Shown here piece by piece: positions 50,387 to 62,116 of a DNA stretch of 64,000 nt. The position numbers and the translations under genes were made by a program. Source of the DNA: Felis catus (taxonomy: Eukaryota); NCBI RefSeq assembly GCF_018350175.1, contig NC_058368.1:225868001-225932000 (forward strand), read 5' to 3'. The number at the start of each line of letters is the position of its first letter. Position 1 is the first letter of the stretch. The notes below the pieces were generated by a model. That model saw only the letters and a list, made by a program, of their open reading frames with translations, was not told the DNA's origin and did no database searches.

Positions 50387-52523
50387 CAAACTAGTGATTA
50401 ATCAGTTTATTTGTTTGTTGTTGTTGTTGAGTTGTAGAAGTTCTTTATATATTAAATATCCCTTGCTGGATATATCATTTGCAAATATCTGCTCCCATTC
50501 AGTAGGCTTCCTTGTCCTTCTGTTGATGGTTTACTGTGCAAAAGCTTTTTATTGTAGTGTAGTACCAATAGTTTATTTTTGCTTTTGTTTTGCTTGCCTG
50601 AGAAGATGTAGCTAGAAAAATGTTTATATGGCTGATGTCAAAGAAATGTTTATATGGCTGATGTCAAAGAAATTACTGCCTGTTTTCTTCTTGGAGTTTT
50701 ATGGCCTCAAGTCTTACATTTAGGTCTGTAATCAATTTTGAGTTTATTTTTGCCTATGGTATAAGAACGTGGTCAAGTTTCATTCTTTTCCATGTAGCTG
50801 TTCAGCACCATTTGTGAAGGAGATGGTGTTTTTCCTATTGTATATTCTTGCCCCCTTTGTCATAGATTAAATGACCATACAAGCATGGGTTTATTTCTGG
50901 GCAATCTATCCTGTTCTGCTGATATATGTGTCTATTTTGTGCCAGTACCATACTGTTTTGTTTAATTAAAAAATGGGCAGATGACCTGAATAGATATTTT
51001 CCAAAGAAGACCTACAGATGGCCAACAGAGACATGGAAAGATGCTCAACATCACTCATCATAAGGGAAATGCAAACCAAAAACACAATAAAATATCTCTG
51101 TACCCCTGTCACAATGGCTAGAATCAAAAAGGCAAGAAATAAAAATTATTGGTGAAAAAGGAACCCTCGTGCACTGTTAGTGGAAATGCAAGTTGGTGCA
51201 GCCACTGTGGAAAACAGTATGGAGGTTTCTCAAAAAATTAAAAATAGAAATACCTTATAATCCATTAATTCCACTACTGAGTATTTACCCAAAGAAAACA
51301 AAGACACTAACTCAAAAATATATATGCACCCCTATGTTTATTGCAGCATTAATTACAACAGCCGAGCTATGGAAGCAATCCAAGTGTTCATCAGTAGATG
51401 AACGGGCAAAGAAGATATATACAATGGAATATTACTCAGCCATGAAAAGAATGAGATCTTGTCATTTGCAACAACATGGATGGACCCAGTGGGTATAAAG
51501 TTGGTGAAATAAGTCAGACATAAAAAGACAAATACCATATGATTTCACTCATATATGGAATCTAAAAAAACAAAAGGGATAAAGAAACAAAGGAAGAAAG
51601 AGACAGACAACAACAAAAAACCAGACTTAAATACAGAGAATAAACTGGTGGTAGCCAGAGTCTGGGCAAAGGGAAAAGGTGAAACAGACAAAGGGGATTA
51701 AGAGTTACAAGTAAACTCTTGTAAAACTGTAAAATTCCAGTTACAAGATAAATTAGTCACAGAGTTGAAAAGGGTACCATAGGAATAGAGTCAATAAGAT
51801 TGAAATAACATTGTTTGGTGACAGATGATGACTACCCATATTGTGGTGAGCATAGAGTAATGGAGTTGTTGAATTATTATGTTGTACACCTGAAACTAAT
51901 GTAACACTGTATGTTAATTATCTTCAATTTTAAAAAACTGCTAACCATGGGGCGCCGGGGTGGCTCAGCCTGGGTGATCTCACAGTCCATGGATTTGAGC
52001 CCCGCAATGGGCTCTGTGCTGGCAGCTCAGAGCCTGGAGCCTGCTTTGGATTCTGTGTCTCTCCATCTCTCGGCCCCTCCCCTGCTCATGCTCTGTGTCA
52101 CTCTGTCTCTCAATAATAAATAAAAGTTAGGGGCGCCTGGGTGGCGCAGTCGGTTAAGCGTCCGACTTCAGCCAGGTCACGATCTCGCGGTCCGTGAGTT
52201 CGAGCCCCGCGTCGGGCTCTGGGCTGATGGCTCAGAGCCTGGAGCCTGTTTCCGATTCTGTGTCTCCCTCTCTCTCTGCCCCTCCCCCGTTCATGCTCTG
52301 TCTTTCTCTGTCCCAAAAATAAATAATAAAACGAAAAAAAAATACTTTAAAAAAATAAAAAAATAATAAATAAAAGTTAAAAAAAATTTAAAAACCAAAA
52401 AACTGCTAGCCAGTTTTCCTTCTAATCAAGGTACACTGAAGTGGAATGGTCACACATAACAATTTGCCAAAATACGCCATTAATAAAATATATTTAAAAA
52501 AATCAAACCAAACTAGTGATTAA
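50387..52523 (+). mobile_element. 5'-inverted carnivore L1 (inverted part about 50400-50960, sense part about 50963-51935) with nested SINEs and 3' extra sequence, bounded by a 15-bp TSD
   Basis: CAAACTAGTGATTAA at 50387-50401 and 52509-52523; ORF 51193 is the L1 ORF2 C-terminus (VQPLWKTVWRFLKKLKIE). Confidence 0.88.
51949..52400 (+). mobile_element. SINEC with a young SINEC_Fc (52130-about 52365) inserted in its A tail
   Basis: Inner TSD aataataaataaaagtta; outer near-TSD aaaaaactgcta(a/g)cca. Confidence 0.9.
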
Positions 52524-53063
52524 GAGTAAATAACTTTTCCCTTACAAATTGAAAATTAAAATATTTCGCCGTTTCATTCAGTGGCAAACACTGAACGCAA
52601 AGGGCTTTGTTTCCGGGAGAAGGCGTCTCTACCTAGCACCTTTTTTTCAATGAGCGTTTGGGGTTTCAATTATTTATTTTTTAATCAAGTTCTAATCCAT
52701 TGTTTGGATAGATGTTTCTGAAGTATTTTTTAAATGTATTATGTTTTAAAATTAGATCTCCATCTGTCATTATACGGAATGTGTGTAGGCAGATGGTGAA
52801 TGGACTTATTTTTAACCCCTGAATGCTACTGGCTTGCTTAACAGTATCCCAGGGAAAGAGGGGCCATTATGAGTGTTCTTCTCCTCCTCCTCCCCCTCCT
52901 CACAATTCATTTGCTCCACTTTGTGATCCACTGCTTCAGATTTTGTAACAAACAAATCATCACTTTATCCTCTTTAAAGAGGATCACAGACAAGCAATCT
53001 GCAGAACGTAAGTTCTCTTCCCATCTCCAAATTACTTCTTAGCATCAAGAAAGACACGTTTGT

Positions 53064-53290
53064 GGGGCGCCTGGGTGGCTCAGTCGGTTAAGCGTCCGAC
53101 TTCGGCTCAGGTCACGATCTCGCGGTCTGCGAGTTCGAGCCCCGCGTCGGGCTCTGGGCTGATGGCTCAGAGCCTGGAGCCTGCTTCCGATTCTGTGTTT
53201 CCCTCTCTCTCTGCCCCTCCCCCGTTCATGCTGTGTCTTTCTCTGTCTCAAAAATAAATAAATGTTAAAAAAAAAATTAAAAAAAAAAGA
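53064..53290 (+). mobile_element. SINEC_Fc
   Basis: TSD aaagacacgtt. Confidence 0.93.
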
Positions 53291-53334
53291 CACGTTCTCT
53301 GAGTATATCAGAGAATTCTTAATTCACTGAATTT

Positions 53335-53545
53335 TTGTCTTTTTTTTTTAAATGTTTACATATTTATTTTGAGAGAGGGGGCATGAGCACAGTAGGGGCA
53401 GAGAGAGGGAGAGAGAGGATCCCAAGCAGGTTCCTTGCCGTCATCACAGAGCCTGACATGGGCCTTGAACCCAGAACTGTGAGATCATTACCTGAGCCGA
53501 AATCAAGAGTGGGTTGCCCAACCGACCAAGCCACCCAGGCACCCC
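53335..53545 (-). mobile_element. Older SINEC
   Basis: Ends ccacccaggcacccc. Confidence 0.88.
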
Positions 53546-53682
53546 TCACTCAATTTCTTTCTCAAGCTGATAGTTTTGATGTTCTTTTTATTTATTTTAG
53601 TGGTAGTGTTAGATGCCAGAACAACATAGAATGTGATTAATCTTTTCATTTCTACGTGTTTCAGTGTCCTCTGAAACATCAC

Positions 53683-53900
53683 TTTTTTTTTAAAGTTTAT
53701 TTATTTTGAGAGAGAGAGAGAGTGAATGTGAGCACAGGAGGGGCAGAGAGAGAGAGAGAGAGAGAGAGAGACCCAAGCAGGCTCTGTACTGTCAGTGCAG
53801 AGCCCGACTCAGGGCTCAATCCTACAAACTGTGAGATCATGACCTGAGCTGCCAAAATCAAGAGTCAGACACTTAACATACTGAGTCACCCAGGCACCCC
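53683..53900 (-). mobile_element. SINEC
   Basis: Near-TSD aaacat(c/t)acttttt. Confidence 0.9.
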
Positions 53901-53904
53901 CTAA

Positions 53905-55260
53905 ACATTACTTTTTAGTGTTAAAAGTTTTTCATATAAACATTTCCAAACACACAAAGGAACAGAGAATAGTTTAATGACCGTCATTTATCCAATGCTC
54001 AGGTTCAAATTATCAACATGTCACAAAGCTTGTTTCATTTACCTATCTCTACCTTCTACCCCTTCCAACAACACAAAAGCGTGCGCGCGCGCGCGCGCGC
54101 GCGCACACACACACACACACACACAATGTCTTCCTGGAATATTTGAAGACATACCAGACATTGTGTCATTTTCCTTATAAAGTACTTTATGTGCATTTAA
54201 TAGTAAGACTTGAAAAAAAAATAACCATCTGGGTATTATCAGACTCCAATATAACAATATCCTGAATATTCTAATACACAATCCATATTCAAACTTCCCC
54301 AACTGTCTCAAACAGCTGGCCTATTCAAATACTAAGACACAATAAAGTCCATAAACTGCCCAGTCACTATCTGTCTTAAGGAGTTTGTCTACATAATCCC
54401 TCTCCCCTCTTGTGCCCTTGCGTTTGTTAGAGAAATCAAGTTATTTATCCTCTATGTTCCATATTCTACAGTTGGAGGATGATTTCTCTGTGATGTTAAC
54501 TCGTTCCTCTGTCTCTGTACTTTCTATAAACCAGTAGTTGGACCTGAGACTTGACTTAAGTTTAATTTTTTTTAGGCTGCACTATTCCTTATGCTGTAAA
54601 CGTCCTGTGGAATCATAGCGTGAACTCATGGATGCCCAGTTGCCTCACATTCAGTGATGCCAGTGATCAGTCCCAGTGACGTCAGCTTGCCCCGTCCTCC
54701 ACAAGCTTGGAAAACATTTCACTGATGGCTTAGCGTTTACTGGACGCCATGGCCAGTGTTTCTTTAAGGCCTGAAAGGGCAATTTTCTTCCCATCATTCC
54801 TTCTGCATTAGTGAGCCACAATTCTTCGATACGGAAGAATTTATCCTCATCAATAATTTTGCCACCTTGAAATACAGTGCGTATGGGAAAGGCCAGACAA
54901 ATTCTTGATTCTCTCTGTTTATCAATTTTCAGAGTAATGACTTATGTCCTTATAACCTCCAATGGCAACTAGTAGGTTTTTTTAGAAAGTGTCATTTTGA
55001 ACTCAAGAATTTCTATGTATTTAATATTTTAATTGAATGAATTTCTATATATTTAATATATTAATCAATAGTCATACTGTGCCATTTTGGCTAATGGGAT
55101 GCCTTTCAAGTTAGCTTTCTTTTGAAACGATCTACTTGGTCTTTGATAGTTTCTTGCTTCTCTGCATTTCAAGATGTTCCAGGCTTATCTTGTACATTTC
55201 AGATTCCATATGGATTCCAAAAGGTGATTTACTGGGTCGAAAGGAGTTAACTATTTTTAA
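53905..55260 (-). mobile_element. Old L1MC-like 3' fragments
   Basis: Antisense L1M 3'UTR-like sequence (ccatattcaaacttcccc, aagatgttccaggcttatcttgtacattt). Confidence 0.55.
54079..54125. repeat. (GC)11(AC)n alternating purine-pyrimidine tract
   Basis: Directly visible. Confidence 0.97.
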
Positions 55261-55489
55261 GGTGTTTTGGCATATTGGAAAGAGTATGGGTTTCGGAGGT
55301 GGGTAAATCAGGGTTAGACTCCTAGCTCCATTGCTTACTAGTTCTGGACTCTTAAAAAGGATTTACCTCTCCGAATGAGGATAAGAAGAGCCTCTACAAG
55401 GAAGAGGAAGTTACAATAACATAGAACATTCTTTTATCATAATGTTAAGTGGAAAAAGCAGGATTCACCCTTTTATATAGAATGCACAG

Positions 55490-55740
55490 AGTGGCGCCTC
55501 CATGGTTCGGTCAGTGGAACATCCCACCCTTGATTTCAGCTCAGGTCATGACTCCAGGGTCATGTGATCGAGCCCCTCAATGGGTTCTGCACTGAGTGGG
55601 GAGCCTCCTTAAGATTCTCTGTCTGTCTCTCTCTGCCCCTCTTCCCCATTCATGCATTCTCTCTCTCTCTCTCTTTCTCTCTCTTTCTCTGCCTCTCTCT
55701 CCCCCTTACCTCCCTCCCTCCCTCCTTCTCAAAAAAAAAA
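55490..55740 (+). mobile_element. Older SINEC
   Basis: gatttcagctcaggtcatga, CT tract, near-TSD aatgca(c/t)ag. Confidence 0.85.
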
Positions 55741-57184
55741 ATGCATAGGGCAACTACTGTGTTCAAATATGCTTAATATGTTAATAGTGGTATGTTTTGA
55801 TGGTGGGACTACAGGTCAGGGGTCTCTTCTTCATGTCTCATACTAAACTCTTCCATATAACCTAGAATGGAAGGAAATAAGATAATTTTATTAAAAGAAC
55901 AATAAGCCTCTACCACAAACCCTATAGTGTTGGTTAAAATTCATCTGGAATGCGATTCATTGCATCCTCTTTCTGTATCCCTCATGGTCGATTTCATCTA
56001 CTTTTCCTTTAACAGAATTTAATGCAAATCGTATAATAAAGAAAAATATTGCTATAACTATACTCTGCCATCTGCTTCCTTTCCCTGTGCCATGTCGCAC
56101 TGATTTCAGCAGACCGGGTCAAAGCTGAGTGTTTCCTGCTTTCAAGGATGACCTCTGAAGGCCTCATACCCTGTTGCTTCCTTGCTCCCAGCGGGGAGCC
56201 TCTAATTTCTGGATTGACAGCTGAAGGCAGAGCAGTAAAAATAGGAAGTATAATAAGGTCTCCATTTGACATGCTTATAAATCAATCTTATTGATTTATA
56301 AGGAACGGAATTGTTGCTGTCGGTGCTCATTGAAGAGAATCTTACTGACCAGAAACCTAAACCAATTGGTTTTTTACTCACCTAAGGATTCAGATTGATT
56401 CAGGCTGACTTGTAAAACATGAATCCATCTGTAATCCTTCAAAACTATGGCAAATAATAAAAACTTCTGTGGAAGACATCCGCAGAGGTTTCTAATATAG
56501 GATTCCATCCGATTTTCAGGAACGGTATTTTGATGTTGGAGGCAGGGGTCGTAATTTCCTCTTTTAAACGGTGCAGTGAAATTCTATAGACATGTGGGGT
56601 CAAAGGGAAGGTGGTAATCACAGATGACATTTTTCTTCATATTCTGCCCCCCCATTTAAACATCTCTTATTTCAAAAGAGAGTTCTTTATTTTAATTTTG
56701 AAGCAGGGTAGGCTAAGGCCTGCATTGTGAAAGCTTGACAGCCACCGCCTGCCTAATCGATGCGAAACAACGAGTTGCCTCTGATAAATCTTCAGGTGGC
56801 TGTGTAAAAAGAAATACATGGAAGAAAGCGTCCTGGTAGTTGCAAACAACTGGGAGGAGTTGGCTTTTTTCTCTTTTCTTCTTTCTCCTCATCGATGAGC
56901 TGATGTGGATGCTGATGTACAGATGAGCCAAACCCAAGCATTTAGCATCAGGACTATTGTCTGCAAAAGTGCCGCTTCATTCCCAGCACATCTTTAGTGA
57001 GCACTTGTTCCTGGAGCAGATTCGCTGTTGAATGTTAGACATACATTGGTGATGAAGACAGTATGCTCACGAGGGCCTTCAAAGCCTAGCTAGCCGGGCT
57101 GTATATACATACGCTAGCAAATAAGACATGAGCAGAGGACATGCCAATGTGTGCCATCCCTACCGATTAGGATTAGGATTCTCA

Positions 57185-57430
57185 TAGGATTCTCTGTTTC
57201 CAGGGAAACAGAACTAATAGCATCTCTCTCTCATTATTTTAAGGAATTGGCTTACGCAGTTGTGGGAAGCTGAGAAGTCTGAAATCTATAGAATGGGCTG
57301 GAGACCTATGGAAGGATTGATGTTGCAGTCTCTAAAGTCTGAAGGTAGTTCTGAGGCAGAATTCCCTCTTCCTTGGGGGATCTCAATCTTTTTCTCGTAA
57401 GGCCTCCAACTGATGGAATGAGGGCCACTT
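57185..57430 (-). mobile_element. MLT2-type (ERV-L) LTR fragment
   Basis: ccagggaaacagaactaatag...aaggaattggctta...gcagaattccctcttcct...aaggcctccaactgat. Confidence 0.8.
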
Positions 57431-59293
57431 GATTCATTCCCATGGCAAAAAACTCAAGATTCTAAAGGGTAGACAGTGAAAGTAAGTATCCCTCTCATTC
57501 TGGACCTCAAGCCACCTTGAGTTCTTCCCCAGAAGCAGGAACTATCACCAGATTGTGGATTTCCTTGTAGAGATGGTTCATGCATCTATGAGCAAATGAG
57601 TGTAGACACTTTTTAAAGTATACCAGTAATAACACATTGCTTCTTTTCGGTTAACAAAATATCTTGGAGATTTGAATGAAGTTGAATGAAGTTAAAGCTG
57701 CCTTATTTTTGTATGGTCACAGAATAGTCTGGTGTGCAAATAGATCATAACTTACTTAGTCCCTGATCTAGATTGTTTCCAGTCTTATGTAGTAAAGACA
57801 ATCTGGTCACAGATATCCTTGTACACACATTTACCCTGCCTTTCTTTAAGATAAGTTCCTAGAGATAGAATTGCTGGGCCAAAGCGTATGTGTACTTGAA
57901 ACTTTGACATGTTGGCAAATTATCCTCCATAAAGGATGTGCCAGTTAACACTTACAAATGTACAAACACGATTTTGCAGGAGGTATTTTCATATCTCACA
58001 CATGATCCCGAGGTATTCCATTGGCTGGCCCATTCTCTCCTTTTCCCTCAGATCCCCGTGGCCCATCATCACCAGCATTTGGAAGTCAGTTGCCTGGGTG
58101 TAGTCTGAAGAACGGGGGCAAAGTGGAGAGAACCCACCCATGGATACAGCCACCCCAGAGCTTCGCCTATTGGCACTGGGCTCTGATCAAGTACGACAGG
58201 GTCGGTCTCCTCTTGGTGACTTGCCCAAGGTCACACGGTTCGTAGGTGTCAGAAGTACCACTTAAAAGTCTCATTCAAGTTCTTGTTCAACTCTTGACTT
58301 CTTGTGACCCTTAGGGCCAGAGATTTGTGACCATGTCTAAATGAGCTAATTTGGCTACATCGTTGACGAGCTGGCTCTTGTGCATTGTTTAGGGCAGCGC
58401 CTGGTACCTAGTAAGCACTCAACAAACAAGTACTTGTTATGGGCATTCCTGTTCTCTCTCGGGGGTGTGGCACGGGTGGGTGGGGGGAGCCGGAGGGACT
58501 ATGAGGACACGGAAGTCACTGGGACTGGAGGTGAAGTACCAGAGACAGCTGGCTGGCATGCATGACCTCCCCGGTCCCTCCAGCCAAGTAATTCAAGCAA
58601 GTTCCAGCTTGGTAGCCACATTGGAGTCATGGGGGCAGATGAGCATTTTTCTTAATTGAGAAAGAGCTAATGAGAGCTGTATTTCTTTGAATCTGCCCAT
58701 TGAATGAGAACAAACACTAATTACCGCTGGGCTGGAAAGGCCAGATACAATTTGCCAAATGAGAGGGCATCTTCCCCCATCAGTTACAAAACAGTGTGCA
58801 GAGGACCGCACGCTTTCCAACAGTGAACGTCCATCGCTGGCTCAGTGTTAAATACAGAGCGAAGGCCCCATAAACTGGCATCCGCGGGTGAAGCAATTAA
58901 GTGTGGCGCTGCCCCTGCAGCGATGTCCCAGCAGCTGCCCCCATTGGAGGTTTCAAGGCTCAGCAACTTGTAGGATGACTGGGGAATGATAATGTGCTGG
59001 TTTTCTTTGCGGGCACAAAAGAGGCAGCAGCGGGGGAGCTCTGGGGTGGGGATCGGAGCTCCGTGTCACCTGTTGATGGCTGCGTTTAGGCACATTTGCC
59101 ACACTCGGTGGGACATCCAGACTCCAGGGGAAGCAACAGGGATCTGGCTTCTCTTTAAAGTAAACGCAACCTCCTATTTCACATTTTACATCTCCCATTC
59201 CACCAAAGGCCTGGTTTCCCTACTCCAGTTTGGGAGCCCAGAGAGTATTTCTAAGTCACTGGGGCTCAGTGAAGCTGGCGGTTATTCTGAATA

Positions 59294-59534
59294 CAGTAAA
59301 ACCTTGGATTGCGAGTAACTTGTCCTGCGAGTGTTCTGCAAGACAAGCAGACATTGCTAATAAATTTTAACTTGATAAACGAGCGATGTTTTGCCATACG
59401 AGGGGTACGTGATGCCGAACATGACATGATCGCAACAGGGCCAGTGGTTCTGGAAATTTGCTTTGATATACGAGTGCTTTGGATTACAAGCATGTTTCCA
59501 GAACAAGTTGGGCTTCCAAGCCAAGGTTTTAGTG
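59294..59534. mobile_element. 241-bp non-autonomous Tc1/mariner/Tigger-type MITE
   Basis: TIRs CAGTAAAACCTTGG / CCAAGGTTTTAGTG (13/14 match); TA on the left, CA on the right. Confidence 0.8.
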
Positions 59535-59676
59535 CATGTGTTTCTGAGACGCTGTAGTTATAACAGCGTTGGCTTATAACAACAGCATAAGCCCCTTCAT
59601 TTTGTGTCCGAGATTTGAGGCATTGAAGACACTGGCATTAGTCTATGAAGGGCAAGACTAGGTAAGGTCTAGGCAC

Positions 59677-60075
59677 TGATGAAGTGAATTTGTATGTAGG
59701 GGCCCACAAAGCGGAGGCTGCCCCAGTGGCCCAGCCCATATCACAAGTTCAAACCTGAGTGAGCCTGCGCTTACGGGACAAGGAACCTAACACACACCAG
59801 TCCGTCCTCCAACCCTGCTTGAGCTGACTCACCTTCCCCTGGGAAACAGGACCTGCCGGCCTTGTAAGAAAATCCCTGACCTCCTAGCCAATCACACTCA
59901 GTTTCCGAGTGCCTCTTCTAAAGCTCTATACACTCGCTCTTGCCCCAAATCCCCAGGAACAGTGCTCCCCTGCTCATAAGGCACCTACTCTCCATCTGCA
60001 ATGTGTTTTCCCTTGACTAAAGGGAAATGACTCAGACTCATTACTAAGTTGTTTTAGTTTTGTCCTTTGGTGGCA
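59677..60075 (+). mobile_element. Probable ERV1-class solo LTR
   Basis: TG...CA ends, CCAAT, TATA-like ctctatac, LTR-like 3' ttttgtcctttg; family not identified. Confidence 0.5.
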
Positions 60076-60093
60076 TGGAGAAAGAGTAAAGGA

Positions 60094-60320
60094 GGGGCGC
60101 CTGGGTGACTCAGTCGGTTAAGCCTCCGACTTTGGCTCAGGTCATGATCTCACAGCTCGTGAGTGCGAGCCTCGCGTCGGGCTCTGTGTGCTGACAGCTC
60201 AGAGCCCGGAGCCTGCTTCGGATTCTGAGTCTCCTCTCTCTCTCTCCCCTCCTCCACTCATGCTCTGTCTCTCTCTGTCTCAAAAATAAATAAACATGTA
60301 AAAAAATTTTTAAAAAAGGT
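60094..60320 (+). mobile_element. SINEC_Fc
   Basis: Typical head and A tail. Confidence 0.92.
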
Positions 60321-60691
60321 ATAAGGGGGCTTCTCTGTCCTCTTTTTGACCACTTCCTGCAAGAGCTGGGAGCCTGAGCGAGTAGCACTGACCCAACACC
60401 CGTGTCTCCAGAGCAAACCCAGGCACCTGCTTGACTCTGGGTGTGTGGAGCAGGTGTGCCTGGGCATGGGACACCTTCTTGACTCACCCTGTCTGCTCTG
60501 TAATTCTGGCCAAGGGGCCATTGCCGTCCCCGTTCTAAGGCGTCTGAGGGGTCCTGTTCTGCTTCAGTTCTCTGGGTTTCTGGCAGGACGGGGCCCTTTG
60601 TCTTATGTCACCTCTAGGCCTCAAAAGCATCCTTGCCCGTGTAGCTGGAGCGCCGTTTGTCTGTGGTTGAGAGTTTGATTGTCTCTATTAG

Positions 60692-60901
60692 AATTTTTTT
60701 TTTAATGTTTATTTTTGAGAGTGCGAGAGACAGAGAGACGGCGAGTGCGAGTGGGGGAGGGGCAGAGAGGAAGCCCCAGAATCCGAAGCAGGCTCCAGGC
60801 TGTCAGCATGGAGCTCAAGGTGGGGCTCAAACTCACAGACCGTGAGATCATGACCTGAGCTGAAGGCGGACGCTTAACCGACTGAGCCCCCCGGGTGCCC
60901 C
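60692..60901 (-). mobile_element. SINEC
   Basis: T tail, ends ccgggtgcccc. Confidence 0.88.
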
Positions 60902-61257
60902 TCTGTTAGCATCTTGGTTCCACCTCTTACTGTGTGTCTTTGGGCAAACTACTTACCGTCTCTGTGACCTGGCTTCCATATCTGTAATATATGGATAGGA
61001 GTAGTATCGTTGTGAAAGTTAGATGAGATCGTGTAAGTTCATCCGAATGGCGTCTTCTGTAAAAGGAGCACTCCAGTCCCTGAGCAGAGCTACTCTTTGC
61101 TTTGACCCCTCTCTTGGGGCTCAAACCTAGTCTGGCTGGGATGGCAGCGGGGTAGGCGGGATGTGGGAGGGCACCGCCATGCTGCCCTTTATCTCTTGTT
61201 TTTGCACAGCCAGTTTTTCTCTCCTCATGCTGGTACTAAGAAATGTGAAGGCTCCCA

Positions 61258-61495
61258 GGGGCGCCTGGGTGGCGCAGTCGGTTGAGCGTCCGACTTCAGC
61301 TCAGGTCACGATCTCGCGGTCCGTGAGTTCGAGCCCCGCGTCGGGCTCTGGGCTGATGGCTCGGAGCCTGGAGCCTGTTTCTGATTCTGTGTCTCCCTCG
61401 CTCTCTGCCCCTCCCCCGTTCATGCTCTGTCTCTCTCTGTCTCAAAAATAAAAATAAAAAAAAAAACGTTAAAAAAAATTAAAAAAAAAAAAAGA
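61258..61495 (+). mobile_element. Young SINEC_Fc
   Basis: Near-TSD aagaaatgtgaa(g/a)gctccca. Confidence 0.94.
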
Positions 61496-62116
61496 AATGT
61501 GAAAGCTCCCAAGTATGTCAACATCAGACCTGGGGGGCCACAGGGGTCACTGTCTGCAAATTGCATGTGTAAATCCAGTCTGGCCTTTGCGAGGCCCCTG
61601 TGGACTCTTTGGGGTGGCCTCCGTAGGCCTGTTGCACGCACTCTGAGGGCCCTTCTGGGCTTGCTCACCTATCTTCTCAGCTAAAGCCCACTTAGTGCCT
61701 GTCATTTGCCATGAGATACCATGGCTCGAGCTTTGGGTAAAGACGGGCCTTTACGGACATTCCTATCCCCAAAGTAGTTTTATGCCAGACATTGTCCAGC
61801 GAGCCTGACATTTATTGGCTATGCCTCCCCAAGGCTTTCCCTTCCAGAAGGACTGCGCACCAGAGGCGAGGCATTCTCCTCCGGGTTGAGTGGTGGAGCC
61901 ACCCTTTCAAGGACAGGACGTCCTTCCCAATCTCCCTCCTGTCGGAGAGCACTGTGGGAAAGTGTGTTCTCTCTGAGCTCTTGGCTGGGCCTCACCGCTT
62001 GGCCTTTGCCCCCTCCCCGGGCATGTCCCAGTCCTGCTGGAGTCCGTGGGGACGATGGGCGTGATTTGTTTGCCATTATAATTATTTTTGCGTGATGTCA
62101 ATTATAATGATTTACC

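Noticed and set aside
51193..51498. 101-aa ORF resembling an L1 ORF2 C-terminus
   Set aside because: Fragment of a truncated, rearranged L1; not an intact gene.
58630..58910. Cluster of TAAT/homeodomain-like motifs in unique sequence
   Set aside because: Short motifs are expected by chance, and conservation cannot be assessed from this sequence alone.
7223..61451. Family of similar ORFs (GAWVAQSV...SLEPASDSVSPSLSAPP, GAPGWRSRLSVRLQPGHD)
   Set aside because: Translations of SINEC_Fc copies, not a gene family.
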